Positions 55,733 to 64,000 of a stretch of DNA of 64,000 nucleotides are shown piece by piece. The notes beneath the pieces are model-generated. The model had not been told where the DNA came from and ran no database searches. It was given only the letters and a program-made list of their open reading frames with translations. Source of the DNA: Candidatus Sabulitectum sp. (lineage in GTDB: Bacteria; Fermentibacterota; Fermentibacteria; Fermentibacterales; JCC-6); contig JAOZUR010000007.1 of NCBI GenBank assembly GCA_029938555.1, positions 1,581 to 65,580 of the forward strand, in the 5' to 3' direction. Position 1 is the stretch's first letter; the number at the start of each line of letters is the position of its first letter. Position numbers and translations under genes: made by a program.

Positions 55733-56201
55733 CTGTTAAAACGGAAATTGTTTCATCAGACATGACAAGGTAAGCACCTTCTGGTACATTTGTCATATCA
55801 AGAACAAGTTGACCCTGCTGGTCGGAGTGGTTTTGAACAACAATTCTACCAGCACGGTCCATTACTTTTACTTCAGATAGTGGTGTTACCCCTGATACAA
55901 TTACACAACCTTGCACAATTGGGTTCTGCGAGAAAGACATGGTTTCTTCTGAAATTTCATCTTCTTCAATACCTGTGTACCATTCTTTGTAAATAGCATC
56001 TCTTGGGCAGAAATTAACGCAGTTTCCACAACCATCACACAACTCAGGGTCAATGTAAGCGTCTGGACCGGACATGGTAAGAGCGCCCTGAGGGCAATGA
56101 GAAAGGCAATTTCCGCATCCGTTGCACTTTCCGTTGTCAACAACATAAATCCAACTTAGTGGTGCCATGAGTAAAAAAGCTATTGTTATAATTTTTAACA
56201 T
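55725..56201 (-). CDS. 2x[4Fe-4S] ferredoxin-domain protein with N-terminal signal/anchor and T9SS-like C-terminal beta domain
   Basis: MLKIITIAFLLMAPLSWIYV, then CNGCGNCLSHCP and CDGCGNCVNFCP. The C-terminal VKVMDRAGRIVVQNHSDQQGQLVLDMTNVPEGAYLVMSDETISVLTVI resembles a Por/T9SS sorting tail. The start is inferred at 56201; the ORF-track start at 56276 lies inside the upstream gene. Confidence 0.55.
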   Translation of the reverse strand: MLKIITIAFLLMAPLSWIYVVDNGKCNGCGNCLSHCPQGALTMSGPDAYIDPELCDGCGNCVNFCPRDAIYKEWYTGIEEDEISEETMSFSQNPIVQGCVIVSGVTPLSEVKVMDRAGRIVVQNHSDQQGQLVLDMTNVPEGAYLVMSDETISVLTVI

Positions 56202-56680
56202 ACTTGGTTTCCTTTCAACCTTCGACTTTGAATTTCCCATGCAATCATTGCAGCAGTGCTTGATACATTTATGCATCCGCGGATACCTGACTGGGGGATT
56301 ATTATTTTCATTTCACACATGTTTAGTATTTTTTCAGAGATACCTTCAGCTTCATTTCCAAGAATAAAAGCAGCATCCAGTGGAAACTGAGCTAAGTGCA
56401 GTGGAATAGCGTCTTTTGTGTTTTCCACAGCTATAACCATTTTCCCACTATTTTTTGCATAACACACAGCATTTTCAGCTGAAGAAAACCATCTCCATGG
56501 AACCAGAGCATGTGTTCCTCGGGATGTTCTTCCAACCTTTCGCCCACCTGGACGAGCGGAAATTCCAGTAAGAACAATACCTGAAGGGGCAATGGATTCC
56601 GCAGTACGGAAAACAGACCCTACATTAAAGGCACTACGGAGCGAATCTAGGATAAAAAGAGGCATTTTTTCTGTAAACAT
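56195..56680 (-). CDS. RNA 2'-O-methyltransferase, SpoU/TrmH family (minimal, ~160 aa)
   Basis: LRSAFNVGSVFRTAESI, FILGNEAEGIS and IIIPQSGIRGCINVSSTAAMIAWEI are SPOUT motifs 1-3. Confidence 0.8.
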   Translation of the reverse strand: MFTEKMPLFILDSLRSAFNVGSVFRTAESIAPSGIVLTGISARPGGRKVGRTSRGTHALVPWRWFSSAENAVCYAKNSGKMVIAVENTKDAIPLHLAQFPLDAAFILGNEAEGISEKILNMCEMKIIIPQSGIRGCINVSSTAAMIAWEIQSRRLKGNQVC

Positions 56681-56757
56681 AATCTCAATTCTATATATCT
56701 AATGGCTTTTAGTCAAGGAAGGATATTAAATTGATAGGAATATTAGTATTGACATAT

Positions 56758-56786
56758 ACAAAACATGTTCTTAGATAAACATGGTA
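56758..56786 (+). promoter_or_regulatory. candidate sigma-70 promoter
   Basis: TTGACA (56758-56763), a 17-nt spacer, then TAGATA (56781-56786), upstream of the 56833 ORF. A GGAG lies before the ATG. Confidence 0.25.
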
Positions 56787-56832
56787 CAGGGTATTTACTG
56801 AAGCACTGTTTTATAAGTAGGAGTGTATCCAA

Positions 56833-57237
56833 ATGAACAAAGTTGTTGTTCGAAAATTATCTGGTGAGATTATTAAGGGGTATACAGGAGATTTTTCAAG
56901 ACGCAAATCGTCTTTTCTTCTTTCCAGTAAGGATGGTTCAATACGGACAAATCAAATCATTGAACTTAAAGGCTTGAAGGCTGTTTTTTTCGTTAAATCA
57001 TTTGATGGCGACTTTTTACGGAAGGTTACTCCTGAAACAGAATCCTCTAATTCAGCATACGGTAAAAAAGTGATTGTTTCATTTAAAGATGGTGAGGAGT
57101 TTCTGGGTAGGGTAGAAACCATGCATTCAAATCCTGAAGATGCTGGTTTTTTTGTTTTCCCACAAGACCCTAACTCGAACATAGTTAGAGCTTTTTTTAT
57201 GAACAGCGCTATTGTTGGTATACAGTTTTATAAGTAA
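56833..57237 (+). CDS. hypothetical protein with an internally duplicated beta-rich module
   Basis: 134 aa. VVVRKLSGEIIKGYTGDF...LKAVFFVKSF and VIVSFKDGEEFLGRVETM...VRAFFMNSAIVGIQF look like two copies of one small module. Confidence 0.4.
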   Translation: MNKVVVRKLSGEIIKGYTGDFSRRKSSFLLSSKDGSIRTNQIIELKGLKAVFFVKSFDGDFLRKVTPETESSNSAYGKKVIVSFKDGEEFLGRVETMHSNPEDAGFFVFPQDPNSNIVRAFFMNSAIVGIQFYK

Positions 57238-57941
57238 TTTAGGACTTGTTTGTAAGTCACATGCTTTCCGTCAAAGTTCAGTTGAACAGGATAAATTTCA
57301 ACTCCGTTTTCTTTTGCCGTTCTTAAAGCCAGTGCAAAATTAGGATCAGTTTCTTTGTTAGCTGTGAAGTAATCAACTTCTCGTACAAAAATTAGAAAAA
57401 CAACAGCTGAGTGTATTCCGTTTTGGGCCATTTCCGTTAGTTCTTTAATGTGTTTTAATCCGCGAGTTGTGGGGGCATCGGGAAAAAGAGCTTCTTTGCC
57501 TATTTTCAAAGTGCATCCTTTTACTTCAACCCATATATTTTCATTTAATAAAAAATCAAATCTGCTTTTGCCAGATGGTGATTTTACTTCTGATTGTATT
57601 GTTTTTACTGATTTTATCGGTGAGTTGTTACTGGAAAAAAGTTCATGGGCAATTTTACTATGAAAACTTGTGTTTACAAGTATCCAGCCTGTGGAATCTT
57701 TTGCAGCAACCAAAGACCATTTAGTTTTTCTAATACTTCCCTTAGTTTTAGTTGCAGGAATTATAAGAAGATCATTGCCGGAGTAAAGAAGTTCTTTTAA
57801 CCTACCTGGGTCTGGAACATGAACCTGAACTATTTCTTTTGACGGTAATTCAGCATTTAGCAGAAATCTGTTTGGTCTTGAAATAAAAACAGCCGGTTCA
57901 GTATTTGGAATAACCAATAGAGATTTCGACATATTTTCCAA
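57228..57941 (-). CDS. sfsA: sugar fermentation stimulation protein SfsA (DNA-binding/nuclease-fold family)
   Basis: RPNRFLLNAEL....VHVPDPGRLKELL, SRFDFLL...WVEVKGCTL and ALFPDAPTTRGLKHIKEL. Confidence 0.9.
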   Translation of the reverse strand: MENMSKSLLVIPNTEPAVFISRPNRFLLNAELPSKEIVQVHVPDPGRLKELLYSGNDLLIIPATKTKGSIRKTKWSLVAAKDSTGWILVNTSFHSKIAHELFSSNNSPIKSVKTIQSEVKSPSGKSRFDFLLNENIWVEVKGCTLKIGKEALFPDAPTTRGLKHIKELTEMAQNGIHSAVVFLIFVREVDYFTANKETDPNFALALRTAKENGVEIYPVQLNFDGKHVTYKQVLNYL

Positions 57942-58035
57942 TCTTATTTATTTAACAGCAGAATTATGATTATTGAATTATACGAAAAACAGAAAACAAG
58001 AGGTCTAACAAGATTCTTTTGGAAATCCTGCTGTT

Positions 58036-59205
58036 TTGTCGGTTATTGTCAGCATGGAACTATCAAACAGGGTTATGGCTGCTTTTTTCTTTTGTTTGTT
58101 TATTTTGCTGGTTTTTTCCAGTGAAGAACCGGTGCCGTATACAAAATCTCATGATGTGTGGCGGGGTGTAGTAACAACGGTTACAGCTAAAGGAGTCATG
58201 CTTTCCACAGAAAGTGGAAATTATTGGGTTTCTGATAAATCACTTTCAGTTCTTGCGCTTAAAGGTGATTCAGCCCTGGTTATTGGTTATAGAAGTGGAA
58301 TGTTCATTTCACCTTTTAGTATCAGGCTAAAAAAATCAACTTCTTTTTTTGCATCAATGCGAAGATTGTACAGAGAAAGGCTGATTTCCACAATTCCTGA
58401 CCCTGTGGCTCGTGGGTTGACAGGCGGGCTTCTAATGGGGCTTCGTGGGCTTATTCCAGCTCGGACTGCACAAGCGTTCAAAGAATCAGGAACATCGCAT
58501 ATGCTTGCTCTCTCGGGGTTGCATACAGGGATGATTGCTGTGGGGTTACTGTGGTTTTTCAGACTTTTATTGGGAAAGGGAATATCATCTGGTTGGGTAA
58601 CCGTTTGTGGCATTGTTCTTTTTGTGGTTCTTTCAGGCGGGCGGGTATCCACAGTTCGTGCAGGTGTAATGGCTTCGTTTGCTGTATTGTGGAAAAATTA
58701 TCACGGAGGTAAACTGCATCTACTTTCAGTGTGGTGGTTGGCACTGATGCTGTCACTGATTTTTTTGCCGGAAACATTAAAAGACAAAGGGGCCCAAATG
58801 TCTTATGGTGCAGTTCTTTCCCTTATTGTTCTGGGGAAAAGATCACAGGGCAGATTCTCTACAGCAAAGTCAGCATTACTTGCTGGGCTCGTTGTAACAA
58901 TCTCTCTTGCCCCTCTTATGATGAGTACATATGGTGGTTTGTTCTGGTTAGGGCCAATTGCAACAGTTATTTCTGTTCCACTCATGTCATTTGTCATGTC
59001 TCTTGGTTTTCTAACTTCGTTGGGTTTTCATTATGCTTCTATTTTACTAAATCTAACTTCATGGATCTGGGTTGGCATTCTTCAATTTCTCGGTCATACA
59101 CCTATCGTAATAGAAAAAAGTGTTTTGTATCCACTTTGGATATTTCTAGTTTTGTTATTAAGGATATTTTCTAGGTGGAATGGATTTAACAGAAGGTTCA
59201 GGTAG
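58036..59205 (+). CDS. ComEC/Rec2 family protein, competence-channel domain only
   Basis: FKESGTSHMLALSGLHTGMI plus about 9 TM helices. There is no C-terminal metallo-beta-lactamase domain. TTG start. Confidence 0.7.
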   Translation: MSVIVSMELSNRVMAAFFFCLFILLVFSSEEPVPYTKSHDVWRGVVTTVTAKGVMLSTESGNYWVSDKSLSVLALKGDSALVIGYRSGMFISPFSIRLKKSTSFFASMRRLYRERLISTIPDPVARGLTGGLLMGLRGLIPARTAQAFKESGTSHMLALSGLHTGMIAVGLLWFFRLLLGKGISSGWVTVCGIVLFVVLSGGRVSTVRAGVMASFAVLWKNYHGGKLHLLSVWWLALMLSLIFLPETLKDKGAQMSYGAVLSLIVLGKRSQGRFSTAKSALLAGLVVTISLAPLMMSTYGGLFWLGPIATVISVPLMSFVMSLGFLTSLGFHYASILLNLTSWIWVGILQFLGHTPIVIEKSVLYPLWIFLVLLLRIFSRWNGFNRRFR

Positions 59206-60097
59206 AAGTTGTGTCTGCCGGAAGCGAGTCATTTTCAACTGTAATCGGTTCGATAATAATTTCAGGGATAGAGTCAGAAAACACACCAAGGGTATCTTCA
59301 GTGATTACGGTTTCAAGAGAATCAGTTACAACCTCAACAGAATCAATGGCTGGGATTTCTACTGTTACCTCTTCTTGTTCTACAACAACAACTTCAGATT
59401 CAATTGTTAAAGATGCAGATGCAACCTCGTCACGAAGGAATCTGATAAAGATAGAACCTGTGTTATCAAGAGCGTTTTCCAGGTTATCTAGGCCTACAGC
59501 TTCAAATTCTGCACCTAAAGGCAATTGAATACTCATGGTATCCCCTGGGAAAAGAGGCCAGGCATCACGAACATTTCCTGGAAAGTGCCCTATAAGTATG
59601 GTTAGACCATCATAATTTGAAAGGTTATCATTTTCAACAATAATCGTATAACTGCCTGCCGGTAATGAAAGTGATCTTGATCGTTCAAGAATAGCCAGAT
59701 GATATGCACTGGAAACGGTGATTGTTGGAGTAACTTCAAGAATCACTGGAAGAAATCTGATTGTGTCAGTTGCAGATGGGGTTATCACAATAACTGTGAC
59801 GCTATCGAGATATCCTGGTGAAGCCTGCCAGGTAACACTTCTTCCCAGACCCTGAGATGAATTTGTATCAATGAATTTACCTGAACTGCAGGTCCAAACA
59901 GCTTGGGCACCATCAGGAAGAATGGTTGAAAGATACGCTGTGCCGTCACCAGAGGGGTCGATAGACGCAAGAATCTGTACCGGATCATTCATCTGCCCAA
60001 GGCTCTCTTTGACCAAATAAGTCAGTAGAAGCGCCACTGGAAGAAGAACCGGTAACAGTACTGGAAGCAGTTCTTTTAGTTTTCCTTTTCTTGCCAT
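59198..60097 (-). CDS. hypothetical signal-anchored/secreted protein with acidic Val/Glu/Thr-rich C-terminus
   Basis: MARKGKLKE(LLPV)x3ALLLTYL N-terminus, a beta-rich middle, and the C-terminal ...VVVVEQEEVTVEIPAIDSVEVVTDSLETVITEDT.... The start is inferred at the ATG at 60097. Confidence 0.4.
   Translation of the reverse strand: MARKGKLKELLPVLLPVLLPVALLLTYLVKESLGQMNDPVQILASIDPSGDGTAYLSTILPDGAQAVWTCSSGKFIDTNSSQGLGRSVTWQASPGYLDSVTVIVITPSATDTIRFLPVILEVTPTITVSSAYHLAILERSRSLSLPAGSYTIIVENDNLSNYDGLTILIGHFPGNVRDAWPLFPGDTMSIQLPLGAEFEAVGLDNLENALDNTGSIFIRFLRDEVASASLTIESEVVVVEQEEVTVEIPAIDSVEVVTDSLETVITEDTLGVFSDSIPEIIIEPITVENDSLPADTTST
60035..60070 (-). repeat. three tandem LLPV tetrapeptide units encoded with different synonymous codons
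   Basis: The reverse complement reads ctgcttccagta ctgttaccggtt cttcttccagtg, which translates to LLPV LLPV LLPV. Confidence 0.7.
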
Positions 60098-60139
60098 AGT
60101 ATTGTTGAATATAATCGGTGAAACGAAAGAAAGGAAAAT

Positions 60140-61162
60140 ATGCAAAATACAATGGAATTTCTCATGCAACTTCTTAGAACAAGAAGTGTCACAGGTAACA
60201 CAGATCTTGCTGCTGCAATGGTTCGTACAAAAATGGAGTCACTTGGACTGGATGTAAGAGTTACAAACAAAGGTTCAGTGGTTGCCACCATGGAAGGTAC
60301 AACGGATGATTCTGCAGTTATCAGTGCCCATATTGATACTCTTGGGGCGGTTGTTTCCCAAATTACTTCAAATGGAACTTTGAAGTATCACTGTGTCGGT
60401 GGTTTTACAGCTAACAGTATTGAAGGTGAGTACTGTCAGGTAGAAACTTTTTCAGGACGATTGATTCACGGTACTATTCTTTTTTCAAAAACTTCAGTTC
60501 ATGCTTTTGGTAGAGAAAAAAGTAGCGCTAAACGAAGTCATGGTGAAATGTACATAAGACTTGATGCTTCTGTTGAATCTGCAGAAGATGTTAAAGAGCT
60601 TGGAATCAGTGTTGGAAATTACATTCATTTTGAACCACGGGCTACTCATCTCAGTAATGGTTTTGTAAAAAGTCGTCACATTGATGACAAAGCAGGGGTA
60701 GCGATACTTGTTGGTGTTGCTCAAAGTCTTATTAAACAGAACGTAAAACCCCAACGGAATATTCACTTTTTATTCACTGTGCATGAAGAGGTGGGGCACG
60801 GAGCTGCCGGATGGCTGCCTGAGAATGTATCAGATTTTCTTGCTGTGGACATGGGAGTATGCGCCCCTGACCAAACTTCCAGCGAAAAGAAGGTAACAAT
60901 TTGTGCAGCTGATAGTTCAGGGCCTTACAACTATGAACTAACAAAACATCTTATCAATCTTAGCGAGATGAATGGTATATCGTATGTTGTAGATACTTTT
61001 CCATTTTATGGATCAGATGCAGGTGCAGCGCTTAGAATGGGGCTTGATGCAAGACATGCTCTTGTTGGACCGGGAGTAGACACCTCGCATGCAATAGAAA
61101 GAACCCATGAAGATGCAATAAAGGCCACAATAAATCTTGTGACCATTTTTGCTATGGAGTAG
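60140..61162 (+). CDS. M42 family metallopeptidase (glutamyl aminopeptidase / FrvX-like)
   Basis: SAHIDTLG, RHIDDKAGVAIL, TVHEEVGHGAA and VDTSHAIERTH are the M42 metal-ligand blocks. Confidence 0.8.
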   Translation: MQNTMEFLMQLLRTRSVTGNTDLAAAMVRTKMESLGLDVRVTNKGSVVATMEGTTDDSAVISAHIDTLGAVVSQITSNGTLKYHCVGGFTANSIEGEYCQVETFSGRLIHGTILFSKTSVHAFGREKSSAKRSHGEMYIRLDASVESAEDVKELGISVGNYIHFEPRATHLSNGFVKSRHIDDKAGVAILVGVAQSLIKQNVKPQRNIHFLFTVHEEVGHGAAGWLPENVSDFLAVDMGVCAPDQTSSEKKVTICAADSSGPYNYELTKHLINLSEMNGISYVVDTFPFYGSDAGAALRMGLDARHALVGPGVDTSHAIERTHEDAIKATINLVTIFAME

Positions 61163-61712
61163 AATGATCTAAGATAATTTTCACGGCGGAGACAAGGCTG
61201 CTGGTTATGTGATCCGGTTTTGCCAAGTTCTCCGCCTTTATTATTTCAAGCTGATCAGCACCTCTTCCTGTAAGAACAAGTATGGTTGTTAAACCTGATC
61301 TTCGCCCAAGCTCCATATCGCTGTGTGCATCTCCTATCATCCAGCCGCCATGAGGTAAATTCAGATCAAGCTTAGCTTGGTCAATCATACCTGTTTCCGG
61401 TTTTCGGCATCCACATTTGTCTTCAGGGTGATGGGGGCAGTACATGATTGGAACCGGGGGAATATCTGCAGCTTTAAAAACATCTGTCATTACCTCATGA
61501 ACAAGTTCTACAGCATTGGATGTGTAATAACCTCGGCCTATTCCTGATTGATTAGTAACCACAATCAATTGGTGCCCAGCGTTGTAAAGGTTTTTCATGG
61601 CTGCAATGGCACCAGGAATAGGGATCCATTCAGATGGTTTTTTTACGTAATCTGATCTGTTCTCATTGATTACACCATCCCTATCCAGGAAAACAGGCAG
61701 TTTAACTCTCAT
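61152..61712 (-). CDS. gmhB: D-glycero-D-manno-heptose 1,7-bisphosphate 7-phosphatase
   Basis: VFLDRDGVIN (HAD motif I), VVTNQSG, the Zn-binding CPHHPEDKCGCRKP, and GDAHSDMELG. Confidence 0.85.
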   Translation of the reverse strand: MRVKLPVFLDRDGVINENRSDYVKKPSEWIPIPGAIAAMKNLYNAGHQLIVVTNQSGIGRGYYTSNAVELVHEVMTDVFKAADIPPVPIMYCPHHPEDKCGCRKPETGMIDQAKLDLNLPHGGWMIGDAHSDMELGRRSGLTTILVLTGRGADQLEIIKAENLAKPDHITSSLVSAVKIILDHSTP

Positions 61713-62647
61713 TTTGAAGATTTGTTCTTGTGGAATTCAACAAGATCTTTAAGACCTTCTTCAAATGGGATTTCAGCTTTCCAGCCAAGAACTGTATTTG
61801 CTTTTGTAGGATCAAGTGCAACTTTTAGAATTTCTTCAGCAAGAGACGGTCCATAAGTAGGAAGCAAATCAGTACCAGAGTAACCTCGGATAATTCTGTC
61901 AAGATCTTCAACAGAGCTTCCAATTCCCCAGCCGATATTAAAAATTTCTCCTACGATATCTGTTCTTGATAAATCCATGGCTGCAATATTTGCTCTGGCA
62001 ATATCTTTTACATGTACATAATCGCGAAGCTGTTGTCCATCACCATTGATCACCGGAGCATTGCCACTAAGGTATTTAACGGTAAATATTGCTGTAACTC
62101 CTGCTTCTCCAAATGGATTCTGTCTTGGTCCGTAAACATTAGGGTAACGAAGAACAACGTAACCAAGATTGTAAAGATATTTGTAAAGATAAAGATAGTG
62201 TTCTACTGTATGTTTGCTTATACCGTAATGGCAGATAGGATTAATAGGATGGTCTTCTTTTACAGGAATGTACAATGGTTCACCGTATACAGCACCACCA
62301 GTGGAGGCATAGATAACTCTTTTAACTTTTCCTTTTACAGCAGCTTCAAGAATGTTTAGTGTACCCTTAATGTTAACATCAGCATCAAATTGCGGTTCAC
62401 GGACTGATCTGCGAACATCCATCTGGGCTGCATGATGACAGAGAATATCGTATTCACCATTTTCAATTAGTTCAGCAGCTTCATCAGATCTGATATCAAA
62501 TTTATGAAGAGTAATTCCTTCACTTATATTTTCGCTAAAACCAGTTGAAAGATCATCTAGTACATGTACAGTGTGACCGGCAGTCAGAAGCTCGTCTGCA
62601 ATGTTTGAGCCAATAAAACCTGCTCCACCTGTGATAAGAACTTTCAA
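61709..62647 (-). CDS. NAD-dependent nucleotide-sugar epimerase/dehydratase (GalE-like SDR)
   Basis: MKVLITGGAGFIGSN, ASTGGAVYGE and YGISKHTVEHY (YxxxK). Confidence 0.85.
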   Translation of the reverse strand: MKVLITGGAGFIGSNIADELLTAGHTVHVLDDLSTGFSENISEGITLHKFDIRSDEAAELIENGEYDILCHHAAQMDVRRSVREPQFDADVNIKGTLNILEAAVKGKVKRVIYASTGGAVYGEPLYIPVKEDHPINPICHYGISKHTVEHYLYLYKYLYNLGYVVLRYPNVYGPRQNPFGEAGVTAIFTVKYLSGNAPVINGDGQQLRDYVHVKDIARANIAAMDLSRTDIVGEIFNIGWGIGSSVEDLDRIIRGYSGTDLLPTYGPSLAEEILKVALDPTKANTVLGWKAEIPFEEGLKDLVEFHKNKSSK

Positions 62648-62702
62648 TTAACAACCTCCTTTATAAGAATTTTTAGATAGTATTCGCCAAATATATCAAA
62701 GA

Positions 62703-62732
62703 TAGACCTTTGATGTTCCACGGCTTTATAAT
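62703..62732 (+). promoter_or_regulatory. candidate sigma-70 promoter for ddl
   Basis: TAGACC (62703-62708), an 18-nt spacer, then TATAAT (62727-62732). AAGGAGG lies 6 nt upstream of the GTG at 62762. Confidence 0.25.
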
Positions 62733-62761
62733 TACAGCTACCGGTAAAAAAGGAGGTACCT

Positions 62762-63778
62762 GTGAAAGTTCTGGTTTTAGCTGGCGGAAGATCTGCAGAA
62801 AGAGAGATTAGTCTTCTTTCAGCAAAATGGGTTTCTGATAGTTTAAAGGAGTCTGGGCACCATGTTACAGATGTTATTATAGATTCTGATGGTTGTTGGA
62901 AACTGGAAGGCTCACCTGAAAAAATTAAAATTGAAGCAGGAGCAATTCCTTGGAAACTGTCTCACAAAAATGAAATTTTATCATTTGATATTGTTTTTCC
63001 AGTACTTCATGGTTCTTACGGAGAAGATGGAACCGTTCAGGGATTTTGCGCAACTGCAGGTTGGCCCTGTGCAGGTGTGCCAGTAATGGGTTCTTCTGTG
63101 GCCATGGAGAAACACACATTAAAAAAACTAGCTGTTCATGCTTCAATCCCAGTTGTTCCATGGGTATTTATGGATGAAAATCAAAATTCATCTTTTGAAA
63201 ACTTAAAAGCAAACATTGAATCTCTTGGATTTCCCCTTTTTGTTAAACCTTCAAGGCTTGGTTCCAGTGTAGGTGTTGGTAAAGCAGACACGGTTCATGA
63301 GCTTCTAGAGGCTATTAAAAAAGCTTCTGATTATGATTCGATGATTCTTATTGAGAAAGCTGTTGATTCCCCAAGAGAGATAGAAGTTAGTGTGATTGGA
63401 AACGGTTCTCAGGTATTTAGTTCAGTACCAGGTGAAGTATTACCAGGGAAAGAATGGTATGATTATGAAGCTAAATACAATTGTGATGGTTCAAAATTGG
63501 TTATTCCTGCAGATCTTTCAGCATCTCACACTGAGGACATAAGAATGATGGCGGAAAAAGCTTTTGCTATCATTGGTGGTAGGGGGTTTGCAAGGGTGGA
63601 TTTTCTTATGAATGGCGAAGGAGTATGGCTTAACGAAATAAATACCATTCCTGGCTTTACAAGTATAAGCATGTTTCCAAAACTTTGGGCAGCCACAGGT
63701 ATGAATACAAAGGATTTGCTGAATTTCATTCTTGAAGAAGCATGTTCTCGTACTGAATATGGTATAGGAGTTGTATGA
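62762..63778 (+). CDS. ddl: D-alanine--D-alanine ligase
   Basis: [45 protein letters not shown] and [22 protein letters not shown]. Confidence 0.9.
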   Translation: MKVLVLAGGRSAEREISLLSAKWVSDSLKESGHHVTDVIIDSDGCWKLEGSPEKIKIEAGAIPWKLSHKNEILSFDIVFPVLHGSYGEDGTVQGFCATAGWPCAGVPVMGSSVAMEKHTLKKLAVHASIPVVPWVFMDENQNSSFENLKANIESLGFPLFVKPSRLGSSVGVGKADTVHELLEAIKKASDYDSMILIEKAVDSPREIEVSVIGNGSQVFSSVPGEVLPGKEWYDYEAKYNCDGSKLVIPADLSASHTEDIRMMAEKAFAIIGGRGFARVDFLMNGEGVWLNEINTIPGFTSISMFPKLWAATGMNTKDLLNFILEEACSRTEYGIGVV

Positions 63779-64000
63779 CGGAAAAACTTGAACTAAGAAG
63801 TGATACATTTTCTACACCATGTCTTGCCATGCGAAAAGCAATAGCAGACGCAGTGGTTGGAGATGATGTATTTGAAGAAGATCCAACTATAAATTCACTT
63901 GAAAAAAGAGTAGCTGATTTGCTTGGCAAGCAGGCTGCTTTGTTTGTTCCTTCAGGAACCATGGGTAACGGTTTGGCAATTCGAACCCTGACTTCCCCAG
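63775..64000 (+). CDS. ltaE: low-specificity L-threonine aldolase, N-terminal part (runs off the window end)
   Basis: My own translation from the ATG at 63775 (ATGA overlap with the ddl stop) gives [69 protein letters not shown].... The RSDT...GDDV(Y/F)xEDPT...PSGTM blocks are the threonine-aldolase signature. It is missing from the ORF track because there is no stop in the window. Confidence 0.8.
   Translation, partial: MTEKLELRSDTFSTPCLAMRKAIADAVVGDDVFEEDPTINSLEKRVADLLGKQAALFVPSGTMGNGLAIRTLTSP

Noticed and set aside
1-64000. Search for tRNA, rRNA, tmRNA, CRISPR repeats, IS elements, toxin-antitoxin pairs or known defence genes.
   Set aside because: The largest non-coding gaps are about 215, 150, 150, 115 and 114 nt. 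None shows cloverleaf-like arms, regularly spaced direct repeats or terminal inverted repeats. No ORF shows transposase, Cas, restriction or abortive-infection motifs that I can recognise.

Overview
This is a compact bacterial chromosomal segment with about 60 protein genes and no rRNA, tRNA, CRISPR array or recognisable IS or prophage. All calls come from reading the ORF translations and recalling family motifs; no searches were run. The host looks like an LPS-bearing diderm, because lpxL-like, gmhB, ddl and dapF are present. It also carries sigma-54 regulation, an HPr-kinase type regulatory PTS, MglA-type GTPases and one protein with a T9SS-like C-terminal tail. That mix fits an uncultivated FCB-superphylum-like lineage, but this is only a guess. 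Genes are tightly packed: most junctions are ATGA, GTGA or TAATG overlaps, and several convergent gene pairs overlap at their 3' ends.

Gene content in order:
- 1-9.4 kb: a glycan locus with GT4 and GT2 enzymes plus three large polytopic membrane proteins.
- A histidine kinase and a sigma-54 activator.
- A complete preQ1 pathway: queC, queE, queD, folE2 and queF.
- A hybrid kinase and an archaeal-type GatE homolog.
- hpf-hprK-ptsH-ptsI.
- More glycosyltransferases.
- tatA coupled to an MglA-like GTPase and an unusual zinc-ribbon membrane protein.
- topA, a xer recombinase, a DUF2723 protein and hslVU.
- A second MglA-like GTPase coupled to an STT3-like membrane protein.
- dapF.
- An AT-richer teichoic-acid-like island (tagD, four TagF-like genes and a second cytidylyltransferase).
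- lpxL-like, polA, a sulfatase-family lipoprotein and an exported ferredoxin.
- Housekeeping genes to the window end.

The best candidates for undescribed biology are:
- The two MglB-less MglA modules, especially the partner protein with an L7/L12-CTD-like domain, an 8-Cys cluster and a TM segment.
- The orphan bacterial GatE.
- The glycan locus rich in GT-C-like proteins.
- The TagF-like island.
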